A DNA stretch of 64,000 nt from the human T2T-CHM13v2.0 reference genome, Homo sapiens. Position numbers and translations under genes: made by a program. The stretch lies in the NCBI RefSeq assembly GCF_009914755.1, contig NC_060925.1. One strand, written 5' to 3'. The notes below the pieces were generated by a model. The model worked only from the letters and a program-made list of their open reading frames with translations. It searched no databases and was not told the DNA's origin. Below are positions 59,301 to 64,000 of this stretch, in pieces (positions within the stretch are counted from its first letter, which is position 1; the number at the start of each line of letters is the position of its first letter).

Positions 59301-60649
59301 ATTTTCCAATCCCTGCCTGTGTGGGCTTTTAAGACCCCGTCTCCCCGTGCAACTCTGCATTTTCCTTGGATGTCCCTTTTGATTGCTGTCATTGCTCCCT
59401 TGTTGGCATGACACGTCCTCCTTTACCACCCTCTGCAGTGGACTCCAGCCGCTCTCTGGGATGCACCTTGAAAGGAGGGTAGGGCTAGGATTTGAAGAGA
59501 CTGGCTGTTTTCTTGGAGAAAGCCACCCCGTTCCTCTCCCTGTGAGGGGCATTTGCAGCAGGAACTGGGATGCCACTGACACCTTTCAGATTAATGCGTT
59601 CACTCACAAACACTAACACAATTGGCTCGAATTCACAACTCATGAAATGAGTCTAAGGGGCTTAACAGGGTGTTACAGCCCACAGCTTCGCAAATGCGGA
59701 TGGATGGCAGGACAAAACGCACTAAGAGTTTTTTATTAGTGCTTAGAATTCATGATATGCCTTCACGACCATGGTGAATCCCCACATCATGATGTCCCCA
59801 TCTTTATTATTCCACAGCAACGTGGTTCCAAGTCAACACTGTATTATATCATTAATTAGCTGTTCACCTATTTGACTCCTTCCCTTCTCCTTACCAGCCC
59901 TCTCCCTCCCAAGACCATGAACTATTTGAAGGCAGAGAACACATCTTATTCTTTCCCATCCTGGCACTGAGTAGGGAATCGGTATCTGCTGAAATTAACT
60001 GAATCCCACAGATCTCGGTGAAGACAAGAGTAGTAGCAATACTGGTAACATGAGCAAATACATAGTCCTAATCCCTTTTACATATATGAAAGCATTAGTT
60101 CTCACACCAACCCTAGGTAACGGCTATTCTGATCCCTATTTTATAGATGAGGAAACTGAGGCACAGAAAGCTAGAATCGTTCACCCCAAGCTCAGTCAGG
60201 AACTGGCAGGGTTCGGCTTTGCACCCAGGCAGTCTGGCTCCAGAGTCAGACCTCCAACCCTCTGCACACACTGCCTTTCAAGCTGAACTGATGCAGACAC
60301 CGAAAACATAGTGAATTACATTTTCAAGGAAAGACTCTATAGAAATATAGCATATACAAAGAGGACATTAAAACAATTCTATTCTGCAGACAGCCATGCA
60401 AGAGGGGCGTGAGAGATGCCAGAGGAGAGAATATGCCCCATTTCCCATGGGAGGGTCCTCTCTACACATCTAATGCTGCTCGGCACACAGTCAGGGTTCG
60501 AGTGAGGCGGTGAAGAGGAAACAGGGGGACCTGGGCGTTCAGGGAAAAGGCCCAAAAGGTGGGAGGGGTGTGTTCTGGGCATGGTCTAATCAGACTATGG
60601 ACACAATTGTCAGGTAGGGGGAATGGCTGTGGCCATGGGTTAGTTCAGG

Positions 60650-60853
60650 GCAATGATTCTCACATTCTGATGCACTTTCAAATCACCTGGGGAGCTTGGA
60701 AAAATCGCCTCTATTCAATGCCTCCCCTGAGCAATTGAGCAATTGAGCAATTAAATCAGAATCCCTAGGGGTGGGACTCAGGCACCAGTATTATTTTAAA
60801 GCTCCCAGGGCAATTACAAACTACTTTTTCTCAATCCAAATGTGAGAAGCACT
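60650..60853. mobile_element. MER5A-like element with internal (GAGCAATT)3
   Basis: caatgattctcaca...aatcacctggggagctt...aattaaatcagaatccctaggggtgggactcaggca...tgagaagcactg. Confidence 0.75.
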
Positions 60854-61155
60854 GGTTCAGAGTTTATGCAGTATTATTCACCAGTCTCTTCTCTGCATTA
60901 TGAACTAAAACGGTGTGTGGGGATTCCAATGGGTGGGCTCTTTTGATCTCTACTTCTCCCGCTGTGGTCGGCTGTTTGGGGCCATTCTGTGGGAATGAGC
61001 TTTCTCTGGGTTTCTAGGGGGCCCTTTAGGGTAGTAGTAGACTTCAGATTGTGCAGCTCCAGTTCAAATTCCAACCTTGCCACTTACCGGCTGTGTGACT
61101 TTGGGTATGTGATCTAATACCCTAGCCTCAGTTTCCTCATCTACAAATAGAGGAT

Positions 61156-61390
61156 TGTGGTAGGCAGAATAATGGCCCCCCAAAATGTCTGTGTCCAAAT
61201 CACCAGAACCTGTGACTATGTTATAAGCAGGAATTAAGGATGCAGATAGAATTAAGGCCGCTAATCAGTTGACTTTAAAATAGGGAGATTATCCTGGATT
61301 ATCTAGATGGGCACAACATAATGACAGGGATCCTTAAATATGGAAAAGAGAAGCAGGAGAGTCAGTGTCAGAGTGATGTGATGTGAGGCT
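61156..61390 (+). mobile_element. MaLR LTR 5' part (MLT1D-like), adjoining a MIR
   Basis: tgtggtaggcagaataatggcccccc...agaacctgtgactatgtta...ggagattatcctggattatctagatgggc. Confidence 0.8.
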
Positions 61391-64000
61391 TCCTAGAGCC
61401 CCGTGATGTCCGTGAACACTGCACGAACTAGTGTTTCTACTTCCAGACTCTATTCATGAGAAACAACAGGAAATGGGGCCGTTGTGGGGTATGGGTAGGA
61501 GAAGTGGAAGGTTGAGAAGGGAGGCCCCTAGGGAGTGTTCCTGGTCACCAGCTAAGAAGGGACCGTGGACATTGTCAGCAAGGACTTTGGAGAGTTCATC
61601 TCAAGGTGTTGGGTACCCCACCTGCTGCCAAGAACAGGCAAGAGCTGCACCACTGTGCACCAGCAAAGGGCTGGATTTGCAGTGGTGATCTCCTTAGCAA
61701 GGAGAGTCCAAAATTAAAGTCACCGAAGTCTCTTGTTTGTGCCAGGCCCTGGTGGGCCCTTTAACCCAGCTCTCTCAGCTGATGCTCACAACATCAGCAT
61801 GTGGCCAGCATTATGACCTGTTTATACAGAGGAGGAAACAGACTCAGGGAAATTCAGTGATTTGCCCGAGGTCACCCATTAGACGGCAGCAGAGCTGAGA
61901 TTAGAACTCTTGATTCTAAATCTAGAATCTTCCATGTCATACCATATTTCATTTTCTTTTCATAAAGGCCTAATTAATACTGCAGTCATTATTGATTCAA
62001 TCCTGAGAGCATGAGAACACAGCCAGTACAGACTATTAATCTGCATTTCCTCCTTGAGATGTGCCAGCCATAAAAAATGTAGCAGCTTCAAAAACTACAA
62101 ACTAGAAAGGGGCCTAAAGGAAATTTGGTGCCCAATGAATAAATCTTATGTCAGCTCAGGATTGTTGTAATTGCAGTTCTGTATAATGTTCATAAGGCTT
62201 GGGTTTCCTGCGGTCCCTGAAATCGACCAGGGAGGTGAGGAAGGAAGCAGCCATTCCCCACCAGGGTGCCCAAGGACTCCCACCAAATTAGAATGTGGTC
62301 CCAGCCCCGGGAACTAAATTTATCCTGAAAGGACATTTGGATCAGAATGTTCTCTGCTACAAGAGATCCTGTCCCTCATTGTCCTCCTCTTTCTCTTCTT
62401 CCAGAGCCAGGCAGTATTGGCTGTAAAACTCAGCCCTGTCAATTCAGCTTGAAAACCACACATACACATGCAGTCAACCCGCAGCAACAGACACCACATG
62501 TTTAGATTTGAAAGATGGGAAAGACTGAGGCAAGCAGGAAAGGAGAGGCCGAGGACACACAGAGAAGGTGAAACAAGGTGGTTTTGGTGAAGCTGAGCGC
62601 AGGGTCAAAGAGGAACTGAGAAGAGGAAAAAATGTCCCCTGGTGGCTGTGGACAACTCGAGCCCGTAACCCAACAGCAGCTGGGGCAAGTCATTCCCTCT
62701 ACAGCGCCAGCTGCTCCTTCCCAAGCCACGCAGCTCCTCCTACCTGCCCCCGCACTTCAACCTTTTGAGCCCACTTAACACTCAGAAGCCCCCCGCACAA
62801 AGTCGGCTTTGGGTGATGTCACTGCTGCTGCGGGTGACAGCCAGGCCCTGGGGATAGAAGCCTGCTCTGGGATGGTGGCGGTTTCCAGCCACCCCACCAA
62901 ACCTGCAAGGTTGAATTCTGCAGGCAAAGGAAGGATGTAAACTCCCTGCCTGGGGGAGAAGCTAAGTCCCCGAGGCTGCTGGAGAAGAGTGTATTTTTAG
63001 GCATAGGCTTGATTTGTGAACAATAAGGGAAGAGCAAAATTGTAAAATCCTAAGGTTCTTGTGAAGTCTGATCAGTGTCGCTCCTGCTAAACATCCAAAA
63101 AGATCCGACAGAGCAAGACAAACTCGGGCTGCCCTCAAGCCCTGGCTCCTGGTTGGGTGGTGTTCAGTCAGTGAGATCAGAACCTCAGCGTTTTGGGGTG
63201 GGAGGGGTGTTTTTCCATTCCTCTGACTCTTAAACAAGAGTGTACCAGGTGGCTCTCATCTTTAATCCTAACAATCTCCCAAGGAGGGAGATTCATCCAC
63301 CATTCCTCTAGCCCAACCCTGTACTCTAAGGTCAGAGCAGGTCCCAGTGATTGAGGGGGGTTCAACCTGTACCATAATCTACACCCGTCTCCCATCCCCA
63401 TTCTTACCTCTCAGTCTTTGATACAGACTATTGACATTCTCTCCATCTTACATAAAATGCTTTGCAGGTGCAACCTGAAGACAAATTCCCTGGCTTCCCT
63501 CTCCCGCCATCAGATCGCCATCCCCCAACCCCTTCTCATAGATAGAATGGGGCTACTACCATTTTAGACCTGGGTGCCTCATCGCTCCAGCTGCTGCTCA
63601 CCAGGATCTGGCTCCAGCCCTTCTTTCTATTCTCACCTTTCAACATTCCCTTTACGATCAGCTGCATGCCTCCCATTCCGCAGAGCCCTGAGCTTCTGCA
63701 TTCTTCACAGCTGCTGGAGCTGGTCCCTTCCCCTAGAGGACCCTCGACCCACCTGCACCTGCTAGAACTGACCCCATGACCATCTCAGATGCCCTGCACA
63801 GCAGCGTCCTCATTCCCATCTAGGTGGAACTGTGCACCGTGCCCTCCACACCCTTGTCCTCAGCACCAGCAGCCAAGGCGTGTGTGTCTGCGTGCTTATC
63901 TCTCCATTAGATCACAAGCCTGTTTAGGGCAGGGACCTTGCTGTCCCCACGGTGCCTGGCTCAGAACAGCCCTTCAATAGCTCTGTGCTGAATGAATTAA

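Noticed and set aside
59715-59780. Small hairpins (gcactaa...ttagtgc) suggestive of a terminator or small RNA
   Set aside because: 7-bp stem expected by chance; no tRNA, snRNA or snoRNA motifs recognised.

Overview
This is primate (human or very close great-ape) genomic DNA, not prokaryotic. It carries a dense, old repeat landscape of Alu, MIR, L1, L2, MaLR/ERVL LTRs and hAT/Tigger DNA transposons. The only convincing coding sequence is one 419-bp internal exon on the minus strand (27337-27755). It encodes the region from the S2-S3 linker through S5 of the small-conductance Ca2+-activated K+ channel SK3/KCa2.3 (KCNN3, exon 3 of the canonical isoform), so the rest of the window is most likely its two large flanking introns. 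All other ORFs in the track are explained by repeats, low complexity, antisense shadow or chance. I found no evidence of a new multi-gene system. The most unusual structures are: (1) a ~90-105-bp near-perfect inverted duplication (24072-24563) that crosses an LTR16 boundary and splits a MIR; (2) a ~950-nt purine tract grown out of an Alu tail, with a 245-bp higher-order duplication; (3) an orphan intronic CpG island with a consensus CTCF site; (4) several small fold-back (template-switch-like) scars; and (5) a few candidate enhancer motif clusters. Repeat subfamily names come from recalled consensus motifs and their boundaries are approximate.
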